Source: a virus
Lineage: Duplodnaviria > Heunggongvirae > Uroviricota > Caudoviricetes
Length of the DNA: 42,432 bases
Virus record (IMG/VR): IMGVR_UViG_3300025319_000008
Coordinates: 1-42,432 of that record
Direction: 5' to 3' (one strand)
The first letter of the stretch is position 1. Every line of letters begins with the position of its first letter. The position numbers and the translations under genes were made by a program. The notes below the pieces were generated by a model, which saw nothing but the letters and a program-made list of their open reading frames with translations, did not search any database and had not been told where the DNA came from. Positions 8,601 through 17,393 of the stretch are shown here, in pieces.

Positions 8601-9695
8601 GTTAAGGAAATCAAAACCTTGATTCTTTTAAAAGAAGAAGAAATTGCTAAATTGAGTGGTTATATTGATTCTATTGAAAAGCATGCTAAAAAAGAGGATA
8701 TACTTAAACACAATAAAGGTATTGATGATGAGATTTCTTCTGTTAAGGAATTTAAAAATTCAATAACATCAAAAGAGGAAGAAATTGTTCAATTGACTAA
8801 TAATATTGATTCTATTGAGAAGTATTCAAAAAAGAAAGAGATTGTTTTGCATAACCAAAAAGTTGATGATGAAACTTTATCTTTAACTAATGCTAAAAAT
8901 TCAATAACGGAAAAAGAGAAAGAAATTGTTATATTGGAAGAGCAAATTAAGACTCTTGAAAAAAATAAAACTCTTGTTCTTGAAAATACAGCAACAAATG
9001 AATTAATTAAAAACAAAAAGGAAGAAATCAATGTTTACAAAGTTATGAACTTACAAGTTGATACAAAAATAAAAGAAAGTTCTGGAAACATAGGTGCTGG
9101 AGATAATAATATTGAAAATTTAAGTGAAAAACTTGAGTCTATTAGAGATACAGACAGAGTTTATAAAAAATATTCTGTTTACCTTCAAGCTGTTGGTCGC
9201 GATGGAATACCGGCAATGATTATCAAAAAGAAATTGCCGATAATAAACCATAAAATAAACTCTCTTCTTAAAAGTATGGTTGCATTTAAAGTAGAAATGA
9301 CTATAAATATAAAAGGGGATGTTAAGGAAATTTTTTATTTCAGCGACAATAAAATGGATTCATTACCAATTGGAAGTGGTTCTGGTTCTATTAAGTTTAT
9401 AACAAGTACGGCAATAAGCGATTCATTACATTTTGTAAGCTCTCTTATAAAGCCAAGTTTGAAGGTGATAGATGAGGGTTTTGATACATTATCTTCTAAG
9501 AAACTCGAAGAATTGGGAGGAATGTTTAATTATTTGAGAACAAAATATAAAAACATATTCATTGTAACTCACAAGAGTGAAGTAAGGGATTATGTTGACA
9601 ACATCATAGAAGTAGAAAAAACCAAAGATGGAATTACTGACCCGGAAGTTTTAGCAAATCCGGAAGCTGGTATATCAAAATTCGTTTATTCTTAA
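5634..9695 (+). CDS. Mre11/SbcD-Rad50/SbcC fusion (gp47/gp46-like), 1353 aa
   Basis: Phosphoesterase motifs HLSDFH, AGDLFH, GNHD, YHG, LGDFH. Walker A GPNYNGKS, coiled coil with CPTC zinc hook, Walker B VIDEGFD, H-loop VTHK. Confidence 0.93.
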   Translation: MSKNHLAHLSDFHVRYNSRQEEYKIVLNRTIDDLKSIKPRRIVLAGDLFHTKINMSPTSVSIVGDFLSRLSEISPTDILIGNHDCSLTSLSQGDSITPIIELLPNGYIITKENPELPIPKNHAHGIYYFKESGFYNVDDEIIYGVYSMLDNEILSLTKKEKGKKYIALYHGPVFGAQMDNGYEAAGDSLIKPSVFNGFSAALLGDFHTFQVIQEYDEEKQKPAIIFPGSLIQQNFGESIDKGYVLWDLDNFSHERRFILNDYGYCRLNIYKGEIWEDRIQDLKFSLNKKKTKIEIIIHDDKENYSVEKLSQIEKYIKDRHGCESVSADFQSIDREIGDSTELNEEEIDVNNTESAEKLLTEYLTQNNYDNTEDVIELSREIDNKLSIKQNPTHGMRIDFNSMEVSNLLSFPVAPVFFDFDRLSGLTGVLGPNYNGKSNVMKVFCFILYGKMPGDFENSKLINLYTNVTKGWGKIHFTIAGVKYYAHRGVTVKRKKDGTPDVSYQIEYKKQIHFINELTNESELKWVDVESEKAATEKGEKKKLITDYIGTYEDFMVCAMQTNDQNYLSLAQQPKNDLINKFLGLEVYRDKYDLGNDIFKTIKARQKVLGDPAELETQINDFKTKLLLEKDSLEKHQKEKGENNKKIDEFNDDINKLTEKLHKIEVPAETNVENIEVSIASLKTDIGNGIIISKEKESWLKDNFKKDLSEELKSLDISSIKETNVEVLKSNIEKAKVTIEEYGIKIKEKEEWLGLNFKKDLSDELKDLDISSIKEKNVDVLKSNIEKVKISIEIAKSKSKTIEEWLEKNFKKEISENLKNLDKVKVEKELNLEKSTFDSEKKEYVAIENWLKENEVRVVVKQEPVEDKIANCKFALSGLSEKLKIAKGEKCPTCNHVSHEANPEAEKKCINDIERGNKTLKELQDELAKIKTDNEHNAKHEKETNKLSSLKISLQARQKNMLSLKSDLELSSQKDEFVIHNKKIDDEATAVKEIKTLILLKEEEIAKLSGYIDSIEKHAKKEDILKHNKGIDDEISSVKEFKNSITSKEEEIVQLTNNIDSIEKYSKKKEIVLHNQKVDDETLSLTNAKNSITEKEKEIVILEEQIKTLEKNKTLVLENTATNELIKNKKEEINVYKVMNLQVDTKIKESSGNIGAGDNNIENLSEKLESIRDTDRVYKKYSVYLQAVGRDGIPAMIIKKKLPIINHKINSLLKSMVAFKVEMTINIKGDVKEIFYFSDNKMDSLPIGSGSGSIKFITSTAISDSLHFVSSLIKPSLKVIDEGFDTLSSKKLEELGGMFNYLRTKYKNIFIVTHKSEVRDYVDNIIEVEKTKDGITDPEVLANPEAGISKFVYS
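7725..8180 (+). repeat. Repeat units in the N-arm of the Rad50 coiled coil (WLxxN at 53, 53, 45 aa spacing)
   Basis: Trp codons at 7725, 7884, 8043 and 8178; near-identical units NFKKDLS(E/D)ELK(S/D)LDISSIKE(T/K)NV(E/D)VLKSNIEK. Confidence 0.95.
8568..8990 (+). repeat. 47-aa repeat units in the C-arm of the Rad50 coiled coil
   Basis: HNxx(I/V)DDE motifs start at 8568, 8709 and 8850 (141-nt period), each followed by KE(E/K)EI. Confidence 0.95.
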
Positions 9696-9705
9696 TTTCT
9701 TCATT

Positions 9706-10080
9706 ATGGATAAAGATATTTTAATAGAAATTTTTAAAAATAAAGCATGTAGTAATGTAGATTCTATTCCTAAAGATTATTGCCGTGGATATGGATTCGA
9801 TTTTTGGTATAATTCTGATTTAGTTGATATACGTATTTTTCAAGAAGAAAATAAGTATCATATCCAATACGAGAGTATATCATTTAAAATTACAAAATCT
9901 GAATATGTTGAACTTTTTTTATTATATGACATAAAAAAGAAATGTGTGGATAAAATAATTGAAGAAGAAAAAAGACAAACTCATATTAAAAACAGCAATT
10001 CTTTAACGGAAATATATCAACAAATTATTTGCCAAAAAAGAAAAGTATTAATTGAAAAAAATATAACAAATGAAAATTAA
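9706..10080 (+). CDS. Hypothetical protein (C-terminal RKVLIEK)
   Basis: 124-aa ORF overlapping the next gene. Confidence 0.75.
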   Translation: MDKDILIEIFKNKACSNVDSIPKDYCRGYGFDFWYNSDLVDIRIFQEENKYHIQYESISFKITKSEYVELFLLYDIKKKCVDKIIEEEKRQTHIKNSNSLTEIYQQIICQKRKVLIEKNITNEN

Positions 10081-10881
10081 AGATTTAGCAGAAAAATTGG
10101 ATTATTGGATTATTCCAAAGAAACATCAAGAAAGTTATGATAATTGCGGTTTAATAGTCGGCTCTGGAGAAAAAACAATAACAGGAATATTAACGACTTT
10201 AGATGTCACAGAAGAAGTTGTTTTGGAAGCTGAAAAATTGGGCTGTAATTTAATTATTTCGCATCATCCAATTATTTTTTTCGCAATAAAAAGCATGGTT
10301 GATAATAACTCTAATCAAAAAACGATTATGTTGGCAATTTCTAAAGGTATTTCAATTTATGCTGCTCACACGTCATTGGATAATAGATTTACCGGAGGTA
10401 TAAATGAAACGCTTGCACAAAAAATTGGATTACAAAACATAACTCCATTTAAAAAATTAAAAACAGAACTTCCTGGTTGGTCTGATGATATAATTATGGG
10501 AAGTGGCGCCATAGGTTATTTATCAGAACCAAAACCTGTCATAGATTTTCTTTATGATTTAAGAAAGACAATAGATATAAGTTGCCCTATAAAATATAGT
10601 TTCATTAAAAAAAATATCCAAATATCAAAATTGCTTTGTGTTCAGGCGCTGGATTATTTATGGCAGAAGAAGCTAAGAAGTTGGGTGCCGAATTGTTTAT
10701 TACTTCTGACATTACGTATCATGGTTTCTTTGATGAAAAAGATATAATTTTAGCAGACATTGGACATTATGATTCTGAAAAGCATGCACCGGAAGTTATT
10801 TCTAATATCCTTCAAAATTTAGATATTAAGAATGTCTATATATCGAAAGTTAATATGAATCCAGTATCTAGTATTGGTTAA
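10070..10881 (+). pseudogene. Nif3-like dinuclear metal-centre protein, frameshifted at an A8 tract (10607-10614)
   Basis: YDNCGLIVG, TTLDVT, IISHHPIIF, IYAAHTSLDN in the first frame; ALCSGAG, ITSDITYH, DIGHYDSE in the -1 frame. Confidence 0.88.
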
Positions 10882-11228
10882 TGAAAGTTGAATTATTCAT
10901 AACAAGAAAAGTTCTGTTTGAAAAACACTCAATTAAAAATGATGTGGAGGGTTTTATAATATCTTATCTTGAGGATTGTGAAGTTGAATTTATTAAATTA
11001 AAAAAAATTATTTTATATAAAAGAAATAGCTTAATTTTGTTTAGGCACGATATTGAAATTGGATATTTTTATATTAACTATTATTTAATATGGTCTCACA
11101 TTTTGTTTTTATTAAATACAAAAGGAATACAGAATGTCGATTTCATTGATGAAATAATTAAAATGAATCTAATGATAACATTTTTTGAAGTTAGGGGATT
11201 GATAGGAATTGACGTTGGAATTTGTTAA
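10881..11228 (+). CDS. Hypothetical protein (RKVLFEK motif)
   Basis: 115-aa ORF starting at the Nif3 stop. Confidence 0.7.
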   Translation: MKVELFITRKVLFEKHSIKNDVEGFIISYLEDCEVEFIKLKKIILYKRNSLILFRHDIEIGYFYINYYLIWSHILFLLNTKGIQNVDFIDEIIKMNLMITFFEVRGLIGIDVGIC

Positions 11229-11235
11229 ATTAATT

Positions 11236-12672
11236 ATGGAAGAAGAGTTGTCTATAAAAGAAGTAGAAAGAACCGGTGAACAATTAGCGTTCATACAATC
11301 TCCAATTAAAGGTGTTGAAGCTAAATCGATAATACTCTCCGCAGTTGCGGGATCAGGAAAAACCAGTTGCGCCGTTGCTCGTTTGAAGTTTTTGCTTGAA
11401 AATGGCGTTGACCCTTCTAAAATAATTTTCTTTTCATTTACCGTTGCTGCTGTGGAAGAATTGAAAAGCAGAGTCCAAAACGAAAAAATAAAAATAACTA
11501 CTATTCACGCATTTTGTGTTCATTTATTGTCAAGAATGAAGAAAATGAAAACCATTTCTACATTTTATGATTTTATAGATTGGTTCAAAGAATATCATAA
11601 ACCAAAAGAAAATTCACAACAAAGTGATATTGAAATTTTTTATGCTGATGTTGAGAAACTCTATGATACTGCAGAGTATTTAAGTTCTCAAATTTCTGCA
11701 TTTAAACTTCAAATTGCTGACAATATAAAATGTAAGGAACCAGATTATTTAACCGCTTATCAAGATTATCAAAAACAGACAAAATCGATGGATTTTTCTG
11801 ATATGCTTATTTTGGTTAGAGAGTCGTTAAAAGAGGATAAGTGGTTAAGAATGTTTAGGAATCAGTATGACTTTATAATGATTGATGAGTATCAAGATAA
11901 TAGCTCTATAATGATGTCTATTTTATTGAGTTTAAATGCTAAGTATTATTATTTAATGGGCGATAGATCACAAGCTATTTTCGGCTATTCTAATGCTAAT
12001 TGTGACGCTGTGGAAGCTATGCTAAGGAGAAGAAGGCAAACTGTAGATATGCATTTGTCTATAAATTTTAGAAGTGCAACATCAATTGTCGAAAATTCAA
12101 ACAAACATTCTAATTTACAGGCAATACCATTTCATAAGGAAAAAGGAAATGTCCACAGAAAACTTATAACATTTGAACATCTGGTTGAAATATTAAAAGA
12201 AAATCCATATGTAGCTGTGTTGGTTAGAACGAATGCCGTTATTCGGGAAATTGAAAAAAGATTATTGATATTAAAAATTCCTATTCGTTATGAGAATTAT
12301 CTAAAATCAGCCGAATTAGAAGATATTACAAAAGGAGAAGAAAGAGTGAGTACTAAAAACAAAATGAGAGAACTTTTACCACATTTTGGAACTATAGATG
12401 CTGTGATAGAATTTATAAATTCAAATAAAAATAAACAGTCTCACCTCCGAAGTGTGCATCGCAGTAAAGGTCTAGAATACCCATCTTGCGTAGTTGTAAA
12501 TTCGATCTCTCCAGATATTCTTAAAGAAAACAATATTACACTATCAAAAGAACGTGTGGCTCTTATTTCTTATGACCCAGAAGAATGTGAGGATTTGGAG
12601 CCAAAAAACGTTCATTATGTGGCAGTGACAAGATCAAAAAATTCTCTTTTTTTCATGTTAATTGATAATTAA
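11236..12672 (+). CDS. UvrD/Rep-like SF1 helicase, compact (ORF track starts at TTG 11209)
   Basis: SAVAGSGKT, IDEYQD, GDRSQAIFGY, LSINFRS, SVHRSKGLEY, YVAVTRSK. Confidence 0.92.
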   Translation: MEEELSIKEVERTGEQLAFIQSPIKGVEAKSIILSAVAGSGKTSCAVARLKFLLENGVDPSKIIFFSFTVAAVEELKSRVQNEKIKITTIHAFCVHLLSRMKKMKTISTFYDFIDWFKEYHKPKENSQQSDIEIFYADVEKLYDTAEYLSSQISAFKLQIADNIKCKEPDYLTAYQDYQKQTKSMDFSDMLILVRESLKEDKWLRMFRNQYDFIMIDEYQDNSSIMMSILLSLNAKYYYLMGDRSQAIFGYSNANCDAVEAMLRRRRQTVDMHLSINFRSATSIVENSNKHSNLQAIPFHKEKGNVHRKLITFEHLVEILKENPYVAVLVRTNAVIREIEKRLLILKIPIRYENYLKSAELEDITKGEERVSTKNKMRELLPHFGTIDAVIEFINSNKNKQSHLRSVHRSKGLEYPSCVVVNSISPDILKENNITLSKERVALISYDPEECEDLEPKNVHYVAVTRSKNSLFFMLIDN

Positions 12673-12677
12673 TAAAA

Positions 12678-13088
12678 ATGGCAGGAGAACACAAAATAAG
12701 CTGGCATTATAAAATATATTTTTTTATAATTTCCTTTTTGATTCAATTATATTGTTTGCTGTTATATTTTTTTATAAACCATAGAATTTTTTCTGTTAAA
12801 ATTAGAATAAAAATTACTGAATTTATTGCTCAAAAAATCGATAATCAAATTGATTTTGTGCAAAGAAGAAAATTTTGGAACGGTGCACAAAAAGTTCATT
12901 ATACTTTTTTTATTGATTATATTTTGGAAAAAAATAAACTTTCACTCAATATTAGTTATGAAGATAGTGATGCTGTAAAGTTGGAGCGATACTTAAAACA
13001 CGTTTTGCTCGCATATAAAAATTATCTATTGATTGATAAACACGAATTTACATCAAGCGTTTTAATTGAAAAAATAAGCAACAAATAA
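12678..13088 (+). CDS. Hypothetical protein with N-terminal hydrophobic helix (C-terminal SSVLIEK)
   Basis: 136-aa ORF; hydrophobic stretch IYFFIISFLIQLYCLLLYFFI. Confidence 0.7.
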   Translation: MAGEHKISWHYKIYFFIISFLIQLYCLLLYFFINHRIFSVKIRIKITEFIAQKIDNQIDFVQRRKFWNGAQKVHYTFFIDYILEKNKLSLNISYEDSDAVKLERYLKHVLLAYKNYLLIDKHEFTSSVLIEKISNK

Positions 13089-13094
13089 TACAAA

Positions 13095-13107
13095 AATCCG
13101 TTTAATA
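13095..13107 (+). promoter_or_regulatory. Candidate phage-specific promoter motif AATCCGTTTAATA
   Basis: Exact 13-bp match to 29110-29122; both copies are intergenic and lie 16-22 nt before an ATG. Confidence 0.5.
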
Positions 13108-13123
13108 AAGAAAAATACATATT

Positions 13124-13750
13124 ATGGAAATTAAACTTAGTTACGAAGAAGTGAAAACCAATCATTCAGATTTGATTGGTGTTCTTGTTGGAAAAATGCA
13201 AACATCAAAATTAAAGGATAAGAGTAAATCAGAAAGAGAATATGATTTTTATTATTCTTATGGAGTTGCAGTAAGGGGTATGAATTTTGGTGAAATGGTT
13301 AATCAAATACATAACAGAGATTTTAAAACAGAACAGGAAAAAAGTTCTTCTGAAATTATAAATGAAAAACTTAATTCAGTTATAGGGTTGAGCTTAACAA
13401 TTTCTTCCGGACGAACAAAACGTTACATTGCTTTAAGTGAAAAACCAAGGCTCTTTGTTGATAAATTCTCTGAAATTTATATAGAAAGCATTAAGGAAAT
13501 TAAAAAAGAAGAGGAACGTTTATCAAAACTTACTCCAGACGAAAAAGATAGAGAAATACAGGAAAGCATTAATGAGCTTTCGGAAATGGGTGGTTTTCTT
13601 GCTCTTAATGTAGGAAATAATGGTGTAAAACAAATACTTCCGCAGGAAATAGACTATGACGTAGATGACATTTTGGATAAGATAGGAAGAGTCGGAGTTG
13701 ATGGTCTTACTGAAGGAGAAAGAAAATTCCTTAAACAACATTCAAAATAA
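13124..13750 (+). CDS. Hypothetical protein with C-terminal DUF6576-like helical hairpin
   Basis: C-terminus VDDILDKIGRVGVDGLTEGERKFL resembles the tail of Bacteroidota rhomboid proteases (recalled, not searched). Confidence 0.6.
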   Translation: MEIKLSYEEVKTNHSDLIGVLVGKMQTSKLKDKSKSEREYDFYYSYGVAVRGMNFGEMVNQIHNRDFKTEQEKSSSEIINEKLNSVIGLSLTISSGRTKRYIALSEKPRLFVDKFSEIYIESIKEIKKEEERLSKLTPDEKDREIQESINELSEMGGFLALNVGNNGVKQILPQEIDYDVDDILDKIGRVGVDGLTEGERKFLKQHSK

Positions 13751-13761
13751 AAACGTAAAAA

Positions 13762-14955
13762 ATGGCAATCAAATCACTTTTAGAATTAGATTATTACAAA
13801 AAAACAATGCAACAATTTGCTTGGAAGAAATTTCCAAATGAACATGTTAAATATGCTTTTAAAAATCGTACAAAAAACGTAACTCTCGGTCATTTAAAAT
13901 ACCAGTTAATTCAAGAAATTGATAGAATTAAAAAAATAGAGCTGTCTGATATTGAAATTTTATTTTTGAAAATACAAACTATATTTTCTGATGATTACTT
14001 GCAATTCTTAAAAAGAGTAAAGTTGCCGGACGTGAATATAGACGTAGATAAAAATAATGAGCTCATTATTGAAACAGAAGGATTGTGGTCAGAAGCTATT
14101 GATTGGGAAACCATTATACTTAGTACAGTAAATGAATTATATTATAAAACTGATAAGGATTCTGAAAAAAATGCCTGGAAAATAGGAGAAGAAAGATTAC
14201 TAAACAAAATACAATTACTTAAACAACATCCCGATTTACGTTTTGTTGACTTTGGTACCAGAAGGGCGTATTCTACAGAGTGGCATAAGCGTGTTGTTGA
14301 AATATTGTTAAATGAAATTCCAACTCAGTTATACGGCACATCAAATGTTTATTTAGCAAACTTGTTTGGAGTAAAAAACATAGGTACAAGCGCACATGAG
14401 TGCCCGATGATACTTTCAAGACTCTTTGGAAATACTGATGACAACATAAGAGACTCTCAAAATAAATTTTATGATATGTGGTATGAAATGTATGGAGAAA
14501 ATTTATCAATATGTCTTCCTGACACATTTGGAAGCGATTATACATTTTCTACATTTGGAAAAGAAAGATTTGAGAAATGGAAAGGTTTTAGACAAGACTC
14601 TGGAGATCCAACAGAATCTGCATTGAAACAATTGAAAAAATACGAAGACTTTAACATTGATGCGACAAATAAATTATTCATGCCGAGCGATGGATTGACT
14701 GTTGAAAAAATGATTGATTTGCATACTAAATTTAAATCAAAAATTCTGGTATTGCCTGCTATTGGTACTTCTCTTACAAATGATGTTGGAGCGTCTCCTA
14801 TAAGCATTGTAATGAAGGCTGTTGAGGTAAATCATATGGGATTAGTAAAAATGAGCGATAATACAGGTAAGTTTACCGGTAAAACAGAAGACATTGAGAG
14901 ATTTAAGAAAATATTCAATTATGAGAATACGAGTTCTCAAGAAATAATATTTTAA
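13762..14955 (+). CDS. pncB: Nicotinate phosphoribosyltransferase
   Basis: DYYKKTMQQ, DFGTRRAYS, GTSNVYLA, GTSAHE (phospho-His motif), LPDTFG, RQDSGDP, SDGL, IGTSLTND, VKMSDNTGK. Confidence 0.93.
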   Translation: MAIKSLLELDYYKKTMQQFAWKKFPNEHVKYAFKNRTKNVTLGHLKYQLIQEIDRIKKIELSDIEILFLKIQTIFSDDYLQFLKRVKLPDVNIDVDKNNELIIETEGLWSEAIDWETIILSTVNELYYKTDKDSEKNAWKIGEERLLNKIQLLKQHPDLRFVDFGTRRAYSTEWHKRVVEILLNEIPTQLYGTSNVYLANLFGVKNIGTSAHECPMILSRLFGNTDDNIRDSQNKFYDMWYEMYGENLSICLPDTFGSDYTFSTFGKERFEKWKGFRQDSGDPTESALKQLKKYEDFNIDATNKLFMPSDGLTVEKMIDLHTKFKSKILVLPAIGTSLTNDVGASPISIVMKAVEVNHMGLVKMSDNTGKFTGKTEDIERFKKIFNYENTSSQEIIF

Positions 14956-15273
14956 ATGACGCCTCCAATTATAAATCTTGATGAGCTAAAAGCGAAAATG
15001 TGCCAAGTTAACCCTGCTGATTTTATGTCTGGTACATTAATATCAGAAATTTTTAAAACATCTACTGATTTTAAAATAAAATTACTAAATACAAAAGATA
15101 GTATAAATGGCAGAGAAACAGCAGGTGATAAAATTATAAAGTTAACATTTATATGGAATGGGCATCCTTATGAACGAATTGATGGAAGTCAAATTTGGTT
15201 TATGGATGTTGAAGAATATTTTAGAATGAATACCAGATTTGTCATAGTTGAGAAAAAACAAAAATTAGAATGA
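14956..15273 (+). CDS. Hypothetical protein (C-terminal RFVIVEK)
   Basis: 105-aa ORF directly after pncB. Confidence 0.7.
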   Translation: MTPPIINLDELKAKMCQVNPADFMSGTLISEIFKTSTDFKIKLLNTKDSINGRETAGDKIIKLTFIWNGHPYERIDGSQIWFMDVEEYFRMNTRFVIVEKKQKLE

Positions 15274-15623
15274 AAAAAGAAGTTATTGAAACGATGAAAC
15301 AATATAGTTTTATCAAGGATTAATTATATAAAGAATTTTATATAACCAGTGAGGAAGATTGTGGTACATTTGGTGTCCAAACAGATACTGAAAATGAAGG
15401 ATTTGAAAGAGCTGTTTTTAATAAATTTAAATCTATTGGTGTTATGGGAGAAAACGGACCAATGAATCACATAGGAGAACGAGCATCTTTTAGAATATAT
15501 TATCATAATAATGGTCTCGTAGAACTGTTGTTCGAAAATAACGGTTACGTTGATGAAGTTAAAGATTTCAAACATTTGATGTATTTGCTTGACCCTAAAA
15601 ATTTAGATTTACAAACAAAATGA
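15270..15623 (+). pseudogene. Hypothetical gene (about 117 aa) with an in-frame TAA at 15321-15323
   Basis: The frame has ATGA overlaps with both neighbours: MKKEVIETMKQYSFIKD*LYKEFYITSEEDCG...DLQTK. Confidence 0.7.
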
Positions 15624-16993
15624 AAATGATAACAGGAAACGATTTAATACAAATGGGATTTGAACGTGGAAAATGGTTTGGAATAGCCATTGAACACATT
15701 AATACAAATGATTTGTCCGGAGATGCTATGATGTCGTATATTGATACCGTAAAGCCTCCACCACCACTTCCGGTTATTTCTTTACATGCTGAACCTGTTA
15801 AGTATTTTTTAAATATAACAGCAGAAACAGAATTGGAAAAAGAGAACGTGAAAAAGGTTTGCGAAAGTATGGATATATTAATGAGAACTCCTGTTGTTGT
15901 GGGCGGTTGTGTTATGCCAGATGCTTGCCCGACAGGTGTTGGACATATTCCGGTAGGAGGAATTGCAATTGTTAAAAACGCAGTAGTTCCTAATTTCCAC
16001 TCTGCAGACATTTGTTGTTCTCTTATGCTTACGAACATTGGTAAAGTTGATCCGAAATTAGTTTTGGATACTGCCATGAAATTTGCACATTTTGGAGCCG
16101 GAGGACGTCCTCGCGAAACTCAATTTAGATTACCACAAGAAATTTTGACAGAGATTGAATTAAATCCATTTTTGAACTCAGAACATAGTATCAGTATAGC
16201 AAGAAGCCATCTGGGAACGAGCGGGGACGGGAATCACTTCATTTTTTGTGGCGTTTCTAAGAAAACGGGTGATACAATTATAGTTTCACATTATGGTTCC
16301 AGGGGTTTTGGCGCAGCTTTGTATAAAACAGGAATGAAAGTGGCTGAAAATTTCAGAAAGAAATTATCCCCAGAAACGCCATCTATGAATGCCTGGATTC
16401 CATTTGATACAACAGAAGGCGAGAATTATTGGAATGCATTACAAACCGTTCGTAAGTGGACAAAACAAAATCATATTTGTATTCATAACAAAATAGCTGA
16501 AGGTTTAAATACTGAAATCAAAGACAGATTTTGGAATGAACATAATTTCGTATTTAAAGATGGCGATTTGTTTTATCATGCTAAAGGTGCAACACCTATG
16601 AATTCTAAATTTATGCCTGATATTACCGGACCAAGAATTATTCCTTTGAATATGAGTCAACCAATTTTAATTGTTGAAGGCGGTAATAATGAACATGGTT
16701 TAGGTTTCGCTCCACACGGAGCCGGAAGAAATCTAAGTAGGACCCAACACAAAAAAGAAAAAGGTGATAAATCTATACAAGATATTTTCACAGAAGAAAC
16801 TCAAGGGATTGATGCAAGATTTTTCTCTGGCAAAATTGATATTTCTGAATTGCCAAGTGCGTATAAAAATGCTGAAGAAGTGAAGAAACAAATTATAGAA
16901 TTTGATCTTGCTACAATTATTGATGAAATAACTCCAGTAGGATGTATTATGGCTGGCCACATAGAAAATAATTGGAGAAAAAAGAAAAAATAA
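15620..16993 (+). CDS. rtcB: RtcB-family RNA ligase
   Basis: MPDACP, HSADICCS, GTSGDGNHF, SHYGSRG, NEHNF, HAKGATP, APHGAGR (guanylylated His), SELPSAYK. Confidence 0.93.
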   Translation: MKMITGNDLIQMGFERGKWFGIAIEHINTNDLSGDAMMSYIDTVKPPPPLPVISLHAEPVKYFLNITAETELEKENVKKVCESMDILMRTPVVVGGCVMPDACPTGVGHIPVGGIAIVKNAVVPNFHSADICCSLMLTNIGKVDPKLVLDTAMKFAHFGAGGRPRETQFRLPQEILTEIELNPFLNSEHSISIARSHLGTSGDGNHFIFCGVSKKTGDTIIVSHYGSRGFGAALYKTGMKVAENFRKKLSPETPSMNAWIPFDTTEGENYWNALQTVRKWTKQNHICIHNKIAEGLNTEIKDRFWNEHNFVFKDGDLFYHAKGATPMNSKFMPDITGPRIIPLNMSQPILIVEGGNNEHGLGFAPHGAGRNLSRTQHKKEKGDKSIQDIFTEETQGIDARFFSGKIDISELPSAYKNAEEVKKQIIEFDLATIIDEITPVGCIMAGHIENNWRKKKK

Positions 16994-16994
16994 T

Positions 16995-17393
16995 ATGCTA
17001 TTCCTTAAAAACAAAAGAGACAGACATGTTCTTTTCGAAAAGAAAGGATGGCACTCAGTTGAAATGAAATTAATTTATTTAGGAAAGTATATTAATACTT
17101 GCAAGGAACAGAATATTGAAAGTGAAGACGAATTTGGATTTGATGTGACAATAATATACAAAGAAACAAGCTGGATAAGCAGAGCATCTAAAATTAAAAT
17201 ATATAATGAAAAACTTTTCAATTGCACTCAAGTACATTATGGGTATACGGAAATTGGAACAGTTGATTTAATAACTAAAATAGCATTTGAAAGCGATATA
17301 CATAGCACTGGATTTAATAGAGAAATAAGTGATATTGAAAGTGTTAAAATAACATTATCAAATGAAATGCATGCTGATTACCATAGAATATGA
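16995..17393 (+). CDS. Hypothetical protein (RHVLFEK motif)
   Basis: 132-aa ORF in the overlapping chain. Confidence 0.72.
   Translation: MLFLKNKRDRHVLFEKKGWHSVEMKLIYLGKYINTCKEQNIESEDEFGFDVTIIYKETSWISRASKIKIYNEKLFNCTQVHYGYTEIGTVDLITKIAFESDIHSTGFNREISDIESVKITLSNEMHADYHRI

Noticed and set aside
5634-9695. Intein or intron explaining the large Mre11-Rad50 size
   Set aside because: No C...HN-C/S/T splice junctions or LAGLIDADG motifs seen; the length is explained by the fusion and the coiled-coil repeats.
13762-14955. Nicotinamide phosphoribosyltransferase (NadV/Nampt, NARP2)
   Set aside because: The motifs are PncB-type (DxYKxTMxQ, TxAHE) rather than Nampt-type (DSYKxSH, A(S/A)EHS), and the presence of NadE fits the deamidated route.
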